From Candidatus Latescibacterota bacterium (GTDB lineage Bacteria; Latescibacterota; UBA2968; UBA8231): a stretch of DNA of 64,000 nucleotides. Of this stretch, positions 9,605 to 20,449 are shown piece after piece (position 1 is the stretch's first letter; each line of letters begins with the position of its first letter). Below the pieces are notes generated by a model. It was not told where the DNA came from. It searched no databases and worked only from the letters and a program-made list of their open reading frames with translations. The translations under genes were made by a program, and so were the position numbers. Location of the stretch: assembly GCA_965219385.1 (NCBI GenBank), contig CBDCNM010000002.1, positions 3,916,305-3,980,304 on the forward strand, written 5' to 3'.

Positions 9605-11727
9605 GTGTGTATTGTAAAGGCCTTTTGCACAGGATGGCCCCTGCTGGGGGGACTGTTGCTGGCCCTTTCCTGGTCTGCGTCCGCCCAGCTCCTCGAACGC
9701 GCCAACGTCGATACCTGGGCCACTACGACTTATTATCTCGGCTTTGCCGAATTTCCGGACAATGCGGATGGCCGCATTCGCATCGCGGCCGGGGGCCGCT
9801 ACTCCCTGTATCTCAACGGGGACCTGGTGGGAGCAAACGACGATCCTGCCTCGGTGGAGACCTACGAGGTTTCCTTCAAGAGGAGGACCAATATGGTGGC
9901 CGTGGTCGTGGAGCACGACGGAACCAACAGCGGCTACGGGTTCTTCAGTGTGCTGGAGGCCGAAGGGGTGCTCTTGCCGAGTTCCTCCACGGACCGCGTG
10001 AACCAGTGGTTCTGGACCGACTTTCCCCTTGCGAACGAGGAGGGGGCCGACTGGACCGAGCTCAGGCTCAACAGGCTGGACAGGCACGAGGAGGACGGCC
10101 AGCTCGTGACCTGGAATCCGGCCCAGGCAGGGACCCTTGACCCAAAGGACTTTGCGGATTTCGCGGACCTGGATCTGACCCGGGCCCGGAGCGTGGCCGG
10201 CTTTTCCGGCGGGCTGGACGGCAGCCGGGGCGGGGTGCGACTGCGTTCCTTTGAGGGGCAGAATATCGCCTTCGACACCTTCACCAACGACCCCAAGATC
10301 ATCGACGGCAACATCGGAACCAATAAGAACTTCCCAAAGGGGAGACGGACCCTCTTTGAGACGGTCGAGATCAACCTGGGCCGCCTGTTTCCGCTCAACC
10401 GGGTACGGGTGATCACGGCGCCGCCGTCGGGTTCGAAGACGTACGAAGATAACTCGCTGCGCGGCTACAGCATCCTGGTGAGCAAAGATGGGGTCAGCTA
10501 CCAGAATGTAGGCTCGCAGAATCAGATCACCTCCTTCCGGGAGACCGTGGTCGATTTCTCCCCGACTATCGCACGCTACGTGCGCCTGGTGGTCACCGAG
10601 TTCGCCAATCGCGATGCCACCCCCCTGGTGGGTGAGATCGAGGCCTTTGGAGAGGGGATCGATCAGCAGGGGGCCTATCTTTCCCCCCCGCTGAATCTGG
10701 GAACGGATGAGGTCAAGAATTTCGATCGCGCCCTGCGGTATGGCGTTTTGCCGTCCAACACTGAAATGGACCTCCGCTTCCGCAGCGGGGACGATGGGGA
10801 GTCCTGGAGCGCGTGGACGGACTGGAGCCAGGAGTCCGAAATCCTGCTGACCGTACCTGAACCACGTCGTTTTTTCCAATACCAGTTGCTCATGCAGACA
10901 TCGGATCCGTTCGAGGGGCCGCGCCTGGACAGCCTGGTAGTACTCTACAGTGGATCTTTGCCCGCGGCCCTGGCCCTGGCCTCGGTGGTACCGACCCAGG
11001 TATCCATAGGGGTGGATACAACCTTTACCTACACCCTGGGGCTCGAGGTCGGAAACGGGGAAGGGATTGCCCGCCTGGTGATCCTGACCCCCTGGCCGGC
11101 CCGCTGGATATCGACGCTGTGCAGGGGGCGGCAATCGATGCAGAGCGCACCTATGCGACCAATGATTCGCTGGTGATCGCCTTCGACCCCCCGATAAGCT
11201 CTGATACCGAGCTGGAAATCCCCTTTAAAACCCGACTGCTCTCTGCCAGCCACTCCTTCCAGGGGCTGCTCTACGCCCCGGATGCGGTCTCTCCCCTCCT
11301 CGTGCAAGAGCGCGAGGGGGAGGATCCCCTCACCGGCCTGGCCTATTCGGTGGCCTCCGCGGCCGTGGACTTTGAAATCCCCATTCTGCAGGATGTGCGC
11401 CCTTTCCCCGGGGTCTTTTCCCCCAATGGCGACGGAATCAATGACCAGGTAGCTCTGGGGTTTACCCTCGGCCGGGTCTCCAATGCGCCGGTGCGCCTCG
11501 AGATCTACGATCTGGGCGGGGATCTGGTCCGAATCCTGTCCGAGAAGCGGCTGAGTGCCGGCCTGTACGCGCCGCTGTCCGGCGGCGGGGTTGAGCTACC
11601 TGTCACCTGGGATGGAAGCGCAGAAAACGGCGAGATCCTGCCCCCGGGTCTCTACCTGTATCGCCTTGTCGTTGACCTGGACCCGGAGGCCGAAGCAGCT
11701 ACCGGTGTAGTGGGGATCGCGTATTGA
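9605..11727 (+). CDS. Secreted discoidin (F5/8C)-like plus C-terminal FlgD-Ig protein, split by one frameshift near 11100
   Basis: GTG start after GAGG; signal peptide ...LLLALSWSASA/Q; INLGRLFPLNRV...ARYVRLVV...VGEIEAFG; second frame carries FSPNGDGIND...WDG...PPGLYLYRL. Confidence 0.75.
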
Positions 11728-11729
11728 GG

Positions 11730-14438
11730 ATGGCCGCGATCCAAGCACAATTGCGACTCTGTTCCCTCAGGGGCATTCTCAGCCTCTCCCTGGGCTTCCT
11801 CGCCCTGATCCCCGGGTTGGCCGAAGCCCAGTTCCTTTCCCGGGATTTCCGCCAGTTGTGGGCCAACGAGGTATTTGAAAACTACGGCAGGAACGGCTAC
11901 CGGGACTACGATTTCGATCAGGAGAACCGCCGTTTCGATATCTTCGGGGATCTCCTGATTGATGGCGTCGATATTCTGGAATACAACGAAGTCCGTCGCG
12001 ATGCGCCCGGCCTGACCGGCAGCTACGAAACGCGCAGCGGGCGCTATGAGGGCTTTTTTCAGAAGCTGGTCATCGCGGACGAGGGCTTCGGCCGCTGGTC
12101 CACGCGCCTGATCATCGGCGACCACATCCGCACCTTTTTCACGCCCATGACCTTGAATCTTCCGCAATTCAATGGGGTCCGCTGGGACGGCTCCTCGCGC
12201 CAGAGTCGTTTCAGCATAATCGCCACCCACCTGAGAGATCCGCTGCTGGCACCCGACGGCATGAGGCTTGAGGCCTTTACTGATCAGCGCCGGGATTTTG
12301 GCACGAGCCTGATCGGCGGCCACTGGGAGAGCCAGATCGGGGACCTGCTCAAAATAGGTACGACCTATGTCAATACCCACCGCTTCGACGGGCAAGCCGG
12401 CGCCAAGGTCAATGGCCTGAAGGGCGACATCCCCAGATTAGTCCAGGAAGGCGGGCTTCGCAAGGTCTACGTCTTCTTCTCGGACGACGCGCCCTACGAT
12501 GGTTCGGCCGGGGCCACAGTCTACAGCATGACCATGTACGCGGATGGCGAGGCCGTGGCGCCGCTGCGGGTGGGGAAAATCGATTTCATGATCGAGCGTA
12601 CTCCCGTGGCCGGCAAGACGAGCAAGATCCCGCTGAATCCAAACGAGGTTCATAACCTGCGTCGCAATCGATCCTGGCTGCCCGCGGTGGTCGAGGCCAG
12701 CAACATACACTTCTTCCAGAATGTGCTGAACGGGATCACGCAGGAGGTGGCACCTGCCTCCAGCCATGCGCCCCTGCAGGCCAACGGCACGGACGTGGTC
12801 TTCTACGAGTACGCGGTGGCCGATTCAGCGCGCCAGATCAACTTCGACGCGGTCCTGGCCAACGACTACTCCGTCGACGTGATCGGCGGGGTGGAGGTGC
12901 CCCTCTTTAACGCCGGAACGGACCCGGAAGACCTGTTCTACGATTGGCACAATCCACTGCGGGCCGAAGGGCAGCCGGGCAACAACTCCAACCTCCGCCA
13001 GGTGAACTTCAGCTACGGGTTTCCGACCGGCCTCAGCATAATGGGCTTCGACTTCGAGGCCCAGGTCCTGGGAACCAGCATTCAGGGGGAATTGGCCCGG
13101 AGCACGAAATTCCTCCGGGTCCCCACGGCCGGGGGTGCCCGCCACGACCGCCAGAGTTCCACCTTCTATGTGAACTTCCTCAGGCCTTTGCACCCCAAGG
13201 CGGATCTGGGCTTTGAATGGTTCGACGTGCCGGCTGATTATACGACGGAGTTCCCTGTATTTCTCGATCGGTCTTACGGGCCTACCCACCCCCCTGGAAA
13301 GTCCTACTTCCCCGTTGCCCTGGTCGAGGACAACGACGATCTGGACGGGTGGTCTGACTCGAGTGACCCCAACGGGGTCTTGCCCGGGCTGGATCTGGAC
13401 GAAGATGGGGTCCTGGACTTGAATGTGGGGCCCAATGCTTTTGCGCCGTTTTTAGGTTACTACGTGGAGCCGTCCGAACTGGTCTACGGGGACGATTTCA
13501 ACAACAACGGGACCGCTGACTTGCGGGAGAACGACAACCTGCCGGACTATCTCTACCCGGCGGATCACCGCGGCTTCCACGCTTTTGTCTCGCTGGAGCC
13601 GACAGCGCGCACCCAGGTGCGCTTTGGTGGCTACCGGATGCACCAGCCGACGCTCGGAGGCGACAGTGATACGGGGTATATAGAGGGCAAGTACCGGCGC
13701 GATTGGGAGGGGCTGGGCTACATCGCTTTGAACCACCGGGTCAAGTGGGTGGAAGACGATATCCCCAATATGGTCTATTTCTTTGGCAGGTACAATCTGC
13801 GGCCGGACCTGCTCCAGGATCGGGACAGCGTCGGCAGGTACAATCTGCGGCCGGACCTGCTCCAGGATCGGGACAGCGTCGACAACCTGACCTATTTTGA
13901 GTGGGGGCTGCGGACCGTCCCCGATCTGAATATTCGCAATGTCCTTTCTTTCAATCACATCGACCTGAGAGGGGCGCCCCTCGACGATCCGCTGCTGGCT
14001 GCGCCGGGGACGATCACCCATTTTTCCATGGTGAACAAGGCAGATTATACCTGGCAGCGAGGCCGCTTCAAGCTAATGCCGCAGATCAAGCATATATATC
14101 GGCGCAGCAAGTTTCCCGAGCGCCTGCTCCCGGACCAACAGGCCCTCTGGCTCATGCCGATTTTGCGGCTGGACTACCAGGTCGGCCCCAATACCGTGCT
14201 CAAGACAGGGGCCCAGGGCTTTCCTTTGCTGTCGGAGAGGGTACATGACCCGATCCTCCCCGAGGGGGAGGAATTTCAGCGCAAAACCTATACTGCGTTT
14301 TTGCAGAACAAAAGCAACCACCGCGGCTACGACCTGACCCTGTTGTTGGGGGGGTACCGCAGCTTCACCAGCTTCACCGGCACACAGCGCCCGTCATTCG
14401 GGTTTGTGGAGTATTTCTTCAGGGTCTTTATAGGCTAA
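11730..14438 (+). CDS. Large exported protein 1 (putative outer-membrane beta-barrel with Asp-rich Ca-binding-like motifs)
   Basis: Signal peptide (AEA/Q). Shares IGDxIR..FTPMTL..NGxRxD, VEDNDD, GxxPGLDxDxxG and YGDDxNNNG motifs with the next two ORFs. Amphipathic C-terminus YFFRVFIG. Confidence 0.8.
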   Translation: MAAIQAQLRLCSLRGILSLSLGFLALIPGLAEAQFLSRDFRQLWANEVFENYGRNGYRDYDFDQENRRFDIFGDLLIDGVDILEYNEVRRDAPGLTGSYETRSGRYEGFFQKLVIADEGFGRWSTRLIIGDHIRTFFTPMTLNLPQFNGVRWDGSSRQSRFSIIATHLRDPLLAPDGMRLEAFTDQRRDFGTSLIGGHWESQIGDLLKIGTTYVNTHRFDGQAGAKVNGLKGDIPRLVQEGGLRKVYVFFSDDAPYDGSAGATVYSMTMYADGEAVAPLRVGKIDFMIERTPVAGKTSKIPLNPNEVHNLRRNRSWLPAVVEASNIHFFQNVLNGITQEVAPASSHAPLQANGTDVVFYEYAVADSARQINFDAVLANDYSVDVIGGVEVPLFNAGTDPEDLFYDWHNPLRAEGQPGNNSNLRQVNFSYGFPTGLSIMGFDFEAQVLGTSIQGELARSTKFLRVPTAGGARHDRQSSTFYVNFLRPLHPKADLGFEWFDVPADYTTEFPVFLDRSYGPTHPPGKSYFPVALVEDNDDLDGWSDSSDPNGVLPGLDLDEDGVLDLNVGPNAFAPFLGYYVEPSELVYGDDFNNNGTADLRENDNLPDYLYPADHRGFHAFVSLEPTARTQVRFGGYRMHQPTLGGDSDTGYIEGKYRRDWEGLGYIALNHRVKWVEDDIPNMVYFFGRYNLRPDLLQDRDSVGRYNLRPDLLQDRDSVDNLTYFEWGLRTVPDLNIRNVLSFNHIDLRGAPLDDPLLAAPGTITHFSMVNKADYTWQRGRFKLMPQIKHIYRRSKFPERLLPDQQALWLMPILRLDYQVGPNTVLKTGAQGFPLLSERVHDPILPEGEEFQRKTYTAFLQNKSNHRGYDLTLLLGGYRSFTSFTGTQRPSFGFVEYFFRVFIG
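13785..13880 (+). repeat. Perfect in-frame 48-bp tandem duplication (GRYNLRPDLLQDRDSV x2)
   Basis: 13785-13832 is identical to 13833-13880. Confidence 0.95.
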
Positions 14439-14441
14439 AAC

Positions 14442-17252
14442 ATGTTCAGAGTCGGCCGACATATTGCGAACCTGTATTTTCTGGGCCTGGTGGTGTTATT
14501 GGGCAGCCCTCCGCTGGGGGCCCAGTTGCTCTTCAGGCCCGGGGAGCCCTACGTGAACTACGCCTCCGAGAGCTACTGGCCCTACCAGACGGTTCTCTAC
14601 GGCAAGGACCGCACGCTGCAGTTCGACAACCTGGGGCAGTTTGTGATGCGAGGGGCGACTGTGTTCGAGTTCCAGCAGTACCAAACCATTGCCCCGACAT
14701 CCGGAAGTTTCCTCAGCAAGCCGAGACTTTACCAGGACTACCTCAACCGTCTGGTGATCGCCAACGATAGCTACAGGGGCGTGGATACCCGCTTGATGAT
14801 CGGGGACCGGATTCGCGCCAAGTTCACGCCCATGACCCTGGACCTGGCCGTGATGAACGGGATCCGCATGGATACCCGTTCCGAAAGTGTCTCCCTGGTG
14901 CTGGTCGGATCGCGGGTGGACCGGCCGATTTTTGAATCTGCCCAGGACGCGGATCAAATCAACCACGGTAGCAGAGAGCTTGCTTTTTTGCGGCCCCGCC
15001 TGGCCACCTACCTGATGGGCGCGGATCTGCGCACCCGATGGACCGGTCTGGACCTGGGGGTGAGCTGGGTCAATCAGTTCCGCACCGATAGCTTCAAGGA
15101 GATCGGCGAGAGCAGCCTCAAGGGCACCCTGCCCAACACGGGGACCCCGCCCGAGTGGCTGGTGGTGCGGGTGGCCGATCAGGCTCCGGAGGACAGGGTG
15201 GGGGTGCGGGTGCGGCGGATCGCGGTTGTGCTCAACGGGCGCGAGCTGGTGCACACCCCCGGGCCCTACGACAAACTCAATCCAGAGGCTCTGACCCTCA
15301 CGGTTACGGAACACCCCGACCGCACCATCATCCCACCCATCTCGAAGGACAACTCCAGACCCCCTGCCCTGGTCATCAATTCCCCGCATATCGAACCCAC
15401 GCCTCAGGGGTTTTACGAGACCCGGGGAGAGGGCAGCTTGCTGTTCTGGTTCCGGGTGCCGGCGTATTTTGAGGGGCTCGACACCCTCGTGGTCGATCAG
15501 GCGCAGGTGGATCTGGACGTGTCTGGGGACTATGTGATCGAACTGTCCGAGGTCTTCGACGGCCTTTCCTTCAACCCGGCGACCTACTTCTACACTGCGG
15601 CCCAGGCGCGCGGCAGGCCGGCCGATCTGAACGATTACCAGCGGGTGCGGGTACTTTATGGCCGCCAGACCGCGCGCACCCTGGCCAGCGCGCACCTGAA
15701 CCTGGATATCAAGGGCTATCTGCTCCGCGCCGAATACGTGCGGAATTTGTCCTTTCGGGCCTACCCGGCCCTGATCAGCACCAATGCCCGTCACTTTGAA
15801 AGCCAGAGTCCTGCCTGGTTCGTGGTGGGCCGGCGGGATTGGGACCGCTTCAGCCTGGGCGGAGAGGTGTTCGACATAGATGAGGATTATTCGACCGTCC
15901 TGTCGGTGCAGGACGACTTTTATTCGACCTACACCAGCGTCTTTAGATATCCTCAAAACTACCACGAACCGCGTCTGCCTATAAGAATCGGCCCGAACCT
16001 GGCCAGCGCAACCTTCACCATGGAGTTTCCCACGGTGGACGACAACGACGATAAAGACCAGTTCCCCGACGTGTATTTCGTGCGCAAGACCACCAACACG
16101 AGCACCGGCGGGCGCTTTATCATGGATTCCGACGGCATATTCCCGGGCCTGGATGCCGACCTGAACGGGCGCCCCGACGTCAATGAGAATATCAACCGGG
16201 TGCCGGATTATTACGAGCCCTTCCTGCTCTACGACGTCAATCCCGACGCCTATGAATACGGCGACGATATGAACAACAATGGGGTGATCGATGTGCGGGA
16301 GGACGACCAGAAGGCGGATCTCCCGTACGATCCGGACCGGCGGGGATGGCACGTTTTCGGGCAGTTCCGGCCGCGCAAAGGCATGGCTCTGATCCTGGGG
16401 TATCACAAGACCGAGGCGCCCTTTGCAGGCACCCAGGCCGAAGTGCTCTACGGCCGCTATCAGTACCGGCGCCGGTTGCCCTTTCTGGTGGATCTCTACG
16501 CGGTGGAGCGGCTCAAGCGGGTGCGGGACGACATTGTGGACGAGGTCTTTGGTGTGGGCCGCAATCCCATCTACTTCGAGCCGGATGTCATCCCCATCCC
16601 GCTGCATGAGGTGAAAGAAGAGGACGTGCTGCATCCTCTGGGCGTGCCCGTACTGCTGCTGGACCCGCTGCTGATGCGCCGCAGCTGGGTGAACACCGCC
16701 TATGTGCGCGCCCGCTATATCCGGGTGCCGCGGCTGAATGTGGAGGTGAGCCTGAAGTACGACAACAACTTCCAGCAGCGCACCGCCTTCCAGTCGGACA
16801 ACCAGATCGCGGATCTGGCCGTGGTCGCCAAGGCCGATTACGACTGGCGTCCGTGGAAGCAACTGCGGGTGATCCCCCAGATCAAGTGGCTGCGCCAGCG
16901 CCTCAAAGACGACGAGCAACGGGTTCTGGAAATCCACGAGCGCTATTTTTATCCTATTTTGCGCCTTGAATATCCGGTTTCGTCCCGCACGACCGTGAAG
17001 CTGGGGGCCCAGGGCTTTCCTTTTCTGAAAAGCACCTACCGCAGCGAGGTGACCCCGGGGACGGACTTCGACTCCGAGGTCTACGTGGCCATGGTGACCA
17101 ATACTTCATCGTATGTCGGCTATCAGCTCAACGTCAACGCCGGCTACGAGCGCCGCATCCGGACCTTTGTGGACCAGGGGCGCAGCGACCAGGATATAGA
17201 CTACTCGCGGATCTTTCTCCGGGTGATCGCCGGCCTGCGGCCTTTATTTTAG
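14442..17252 (+). CDS. Large exported protein 2 (paralog)
   Basis: Signal peptide (LGA/Q); IGDRIRAKFTPMTL, VDDNDDKDQFPD, GIFPGLDADLNG, YGDDMNNNG; ends in F. Confidence 0.8.
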   Translation: MFRVGRHIANLYFLGLVVLLGSPPLGAQLLFRPGEPYVNYASESYWPYQTVLYGKDRTLQFDNLGQFVMRGATVFEFQQYQTIAPTSGSFLSKPRLYQDYLNRLVIANDSYRGVDTRLMIGDRIRAKFTPMTLDLAVMNGIRMDTRSESVSLVLVGSRVDRPIFESAQDADQINHGSRELAFLRPRLATYLMGADLRTRWTGLDLGVSWVNQFRTDSFKEIGESSLKGTLPNTGTPPEWLVVRVADQAPEDRVGVRVRRIAVVLNGRELVHTPGPYDKLNPEALTLTVTEHPDRTIIPPISKDNSRPPALVINSPHIEPTPQGFYETRGEGSLLFWFRVPAYFEGLDTLVVDQAQVDLDVSGDYVIELSEVFDGLSFNPATYFYTAAQARGRPADLNDYQRVRVLYGRQTARTLASAHLNLDIKGYLLRAEYVRNLSFRAYPALISTNARHFESQSPAWFVVGRRDWDRFSLGGEVFDIDEDYSTVLSVQDDFYSTYTSVFRYPQNYHEPRLPIRIGPNLASATFTMEFPTVDDNDDKDQFPDVYFVRKTTNTSTGGRFIMDSDGIFPGLDADLNGRPDVNENINRVPDYYEPFLLYDVNPDAYEYGDDMNNNGVIDVREDDQKADLPYDPDRRGWHVFGQFRPRKGMALILGYHKTEAPFAGTQAEVLYGRYQYRRRLPFLVDLYAVERLKRVRDDIVDEVFGVGRNPIYFEPDVIPIPLHEVKEEDVLHPLGVPVLLLDPLLMRRSWVNTAYVRARYIRVPRLNVEVSLKYDNNFQQRTAFQSDNQIADLAVVAKADYDWRPWKQLRVIPQIKWLRQRLKDDEQRVLEIHERYFYPILRLEYPVSSRTTVKLGAQGFPFLKSTYRSEVTPGTDFDSEVYVAMVTNTSSYVGYQLNVNAGYERRIRTFVDQGRSDQDIDYSRIFLRVIAGLRPLF

Positions 17253-17293
17253 CTTTTTTAGTCTTTCACATTCGACACCATACGGATCTTAAG

Positions 17294-20200
17294 GTGGCCA
17301 GAATCAACTCCACATACGCCAACACAACCCGGGTCGGCCCCATCCTCCGCTGGTTTGCGGCCCTGTTGCTACTGCTGCCAGGGGTTCTGCGCGGACAGGA
17401 GGAAAGGGAGGGGCCGGAGTTGCCGGGTCAGGGCCCGTCGCGGATTCTCCTGGCTCAACCCTTCGTGGGTCGGTTCGACGAGGTGCCCTACGAGAACTAC
17501 GGGTTCGAGGACTACCCCCGTCGACGGGAGCTCATCAGCACCAGCAATCTGCGCTATCACTACGACTCCATGGGGGATCCCCTGGTCTACGGCACCCAGT
17601 CGGTGAGCTGGGTCGAACGCCGGGGGCTCGGCTTTTTACGCGGGTCCTCCTCCATCAGCGAAAGTGCCTCTCACGGCCAGACGGGCAACAGCTTCGAAAC
17701 ACTCTTCGACCACGTAATAGTGGGCACCGACGGCACGGATGCCTGGCAGGCCAAGTTCATCTACGGAGACGAAGTGCGCACCCGACTCACGCCGCTGACC
17801 ATGAAGATGGCGAACCTGAATGGCCTGCGGGTCGACGTGGGCACGGATAAGGATAGTTTCTCGGCTTTGTTTTCGACCCTGCCCTGGCAGCGCAACTCGG
17901 GATCTCCACCCGCCAGGGTCCCGACCATGATGCTGGGCACGCACTACGAGCGCAAGGTCGGCTTCCTCAACTTCGGAGCCACCTTTCTCAACGTGCACCA
18001 GTACGAACCGCTGATGGCCAGCAAATTCGAGACCCTCGAGGGCGTGACCGGAGCCATCCAGACCGCGCCGGCCCTGATCGCCCTCCGCATCCTGGACGAT
18101 TCGCCGCAGGACGGCAGGGGGGGACCGGTGCTGCACGATGTGAAGGTCTACGTGGACGGGGAACTGCGTCCCGAGCTGGAGCCCTTTGTCGTCCACCTCC
18201 ACAAGCGCGGCGACGAGCGGCAGATTTACGTCCAGGAACTGATCGCCAGCGGCAACCGCGAGGGGGAGCGCAAGGATCTGCCCGTGCGTCCCGCTGACAA
18301 CGACTACCAGACGGTCAACCGGGGAGGGCAGCAGAACACCTACGATCCGTACATAAACTATTTATCCTCTGATGTGGACCTGTTCTACCGGGGGTACGAG
18401 TTTCCCTTCTGGATCGACCACCTCTACTATCGGGATTTCAAGCTCTTCGGTCCGGACCATGTGGTGGACCCGGAAAACGAAAAAACAGTACATTCCGAGT
18501 TCGCCCACGAACTGGTCGAGCCCTCCGGCGATTTCCTCGGCCTGTACACCATGGCGGATCTCCCGCAAGCCTTCGACGGCAAGGACTACGGCATCCTCTA
18601 CGTGGATCTGGAATCCGTTCAGCAGTGGATTGCCTCGGTGGAGATAGAGTTGACCCTGGCGAACGACTACCGCGTCGAGGTATCCGAGATCCCGATGGCG
18701 CGTTCGACCTTATTCCCACCGGATCTGAACTACCGGGACCGCTACCGCTACGCCCCCTTCTTCCGCACCGTAGCCCGCGCTCAGGACAACCCTCAGGACG
18801 GGCAGTTGAAGCAGGTTCGGGTCAAGGTCGGCGCGCCCACCGGGATGCGGCTCTACAGCGCCAATGTGCACGGGGTGTTCAAGGGATTTCAAATCAACGC
18901 GGAGTTCGCCCGCAGCAACCAGTATGCCCAGTACCCCAGCGGCCTGCCCGGGCCGCGCGTGGACCAGAATTTCATCGACATCAACGCCCTCGACCGGGAA
19001 GAGAACCCGGGAGCGCGGCACACCCTGAGCGACCAGGCCTACTACATCACGGTGCAGCGGGATTTCCGCCGCTGGGGGTTGGGGGCCGAGTTGTTCTCGA
19101 TGGGTTCCCTCTACACCACCGAGTTCCGCAGCTTTATCGCCAAGGACGAGTTCCAGATGTCCGGCAACCCGATCGCCTTCAACAACACCATCCTCCACCG
19201 GCTGGTCGAGGACAACGACGACAACGACCGCTATCCGGATAGCTGGTACGTCAATTATCACGACCGAAAACAGGGCCAGATGGACATCGATGGGGTCTTC
19301 CCGGGCCAGGACGAGGACAGCGACGGCATTGCGGATACCAACCGGAACCTCAACCAGGAGCCGGACGGCCTGGAACCCTTCCTCATGTACGATGCAGACC
19401 CGCAGATCTTCGACTACGGACTGGATTTCAACCACAACGACTTCATCGACGTGCGCGAGAACGACTGGGAGGCGGATTTGCCCTACGATCCGGATCTGCG
19501 GGGGGTGCACCTCTATGGAAATTACAAGCCGCTGCCCGGGTTGAGACTGACCCTCGGTTTGCTGGACGCCGAGCAAAATGCGGGCGCCTCGCCCAGCGAT
19601 GTGCGCTACACCCGCCTGGGCTACGACCGCCGGGTGCCGACGATCGGGCGTTTCTACACCGAGGTGTCGGTGGAACGGGTACGGGATGGGGTGGAAGACC
19701 CGCTGAGCGTGTACAGCGACCGGGTGCTCCCCCAGTCCGAACTGCTCCAGCTCCCTTTCCCTGGTTTTGCGCGCAACATAAATATAGTCCCCTTCCTCGA
19801 GGAACCCCGCCCGGACCCGTTGAACTACAAGAACAGCACCTTCGTGCGACTGTTCAACAAGGCCCACTGGCAGGCCGTACCGCACCTCAATATGCACAAC
19901 AAGGTCAAGTACGAAGTCAATTATCAGCACGGGGGGGAGCTTTTCGATAAGACCGAGCAGGAAAGCAACCGCCTGACGCGGTGGGCAATGGTCCACAAGA
20001 TCGACTACAATTGGCAGATCCGGCCCCGCCTCAGCCTGTTTTCCGGGTTCAAGTTCCGCTACCTCAAGGAGTGGCAGCGGAATCTGGACCTGGCCACCAG
20101 GCACGAAAGGCACGTGATTCCGCTGATGAAGTTAGAGTATCGCCTGACCGAGAGGACCCGCTTCCAGATCGGGGTTCAGGGAATCACTTCGTTGCTGCCC

Positions 20201-20422
20201 TACGAGATTACCGATCTGGCGCATCCAGAAGAGAGTTTCGATCAACGCGACACCGTGTTCATGATGACCAATCTGTCGAGGTACCTCGGGTACATCATCT
20301 CCACCAACGCGGGTATTCGCCACCGGGTCAAGGACTTCGAGGATCCAGCAATACAACAGGTCAGGGGAGAGCGCTTCACGGCCGCGTTTATCAATGCCAT
20401 CCTGGGATTTGAGGAAGATTAG
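17294..20422 (+). CDS. Large exported protein 3 (paralog)
   Basis: Signal peptide (LRG/Q); YGDEVRTRLTPLTM, VEDNDDNDRYPD, GVFPGQDEDSDG, YGLDFNHND. Confidence 0.8.
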   Translation: MARINSTYANTTRVGPILRWFAALLLLLPGVLRGQEEREGPELPGQGPSRILLAQPFVGRFDEVPYENYGFEDYPRRRELISTSNLRYHYDSMGDPLVYGTQSVSWVERRGLGFLRGSSSISESASHGQTGNSFETLFDHVIVGTDGTDAWQAKFIYGDEVRTRLTPLTMKMANLNGLRVDVGTDKDSFSALFSTLPWQRNSGSPPARVPTMMLGTHYERKVGFLNFGATFLNVHQYEPLMASKFETLEGVTGAIQTAPALIALRILDDSPQDGRGGPVLHDVKVYVDGELRPELEPFVVHLHKRGDERQIYVQELIASGNREGERKDLPVRPADNDYQTVNRGGQQNTYDPYINYLSSDVDLFYRGYEFPFWIDHLYYRDFKLFGPDHVVDPENEKTVHSEFAHELVEPSGDFLGLYTMADLPQAFDGKDYGILYVDLESVQQWIASVEIELTLANDYRVEVSEIPMARSTLFPPDLNYRDRYRYAPFFRTVARAQDNPQDGQLKQVRVKVGAPTGMRLYSANVHGVFKGFQINAEFARSNQYAQYPSGLPGPRVDQNFIDINALDREENPGARHTLSDQAYYITVQRDFRRWGLGAELFSMGSLYTTEFRSFIAKDEFQMSGNPIAFNNTILHRLVEDNDDNDRYPDSWYVNYHDRKQGQMDIDGVFPGQDEDSDGIADTNRNLNQEPDGLEPFLMYDADPQIFDYGLDFNHNDFIDVRENDWEADLPYDPDLRGVHLYGNYKPLPGLRLTLGLLDAEQNAGASPSDVRYTRLGYDRRVPTIGRFYTEVSVERVRDGVEDPLSVYSDRVLPQSELLQLPFPGFARNINIVPFLEEPRPDPLNYKNSTFVRLFNKAHWQAVPHLNMHNKVKYEVNYQHGGELFDKTEQESNRLTRWAMVHKIDYNWQIRPRLSLFSGFKFRYLKEWQRNLDLATRHERHVIPLMKLEYRLTERTRFQIGVQGITSLLPYEITDLAHPEESFDQRDTVFMMTNLSRYLGYIISTNAGIRHRVKDFEDPAIQQVRGERFTAAFINAILGFEED

Positions 20423-20449
20423 CGTCTGCGACGCAGGAGATCGCGTTCC

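Noticed and set aside
14496..16937. Long antisense ORFs (813 aa here; also 20132-22003, 9572-11134, 29568-31082 and others)
   Set aside because: They are shadows of GC-rich codon usage opposite well-supported genes and show no family motifs.
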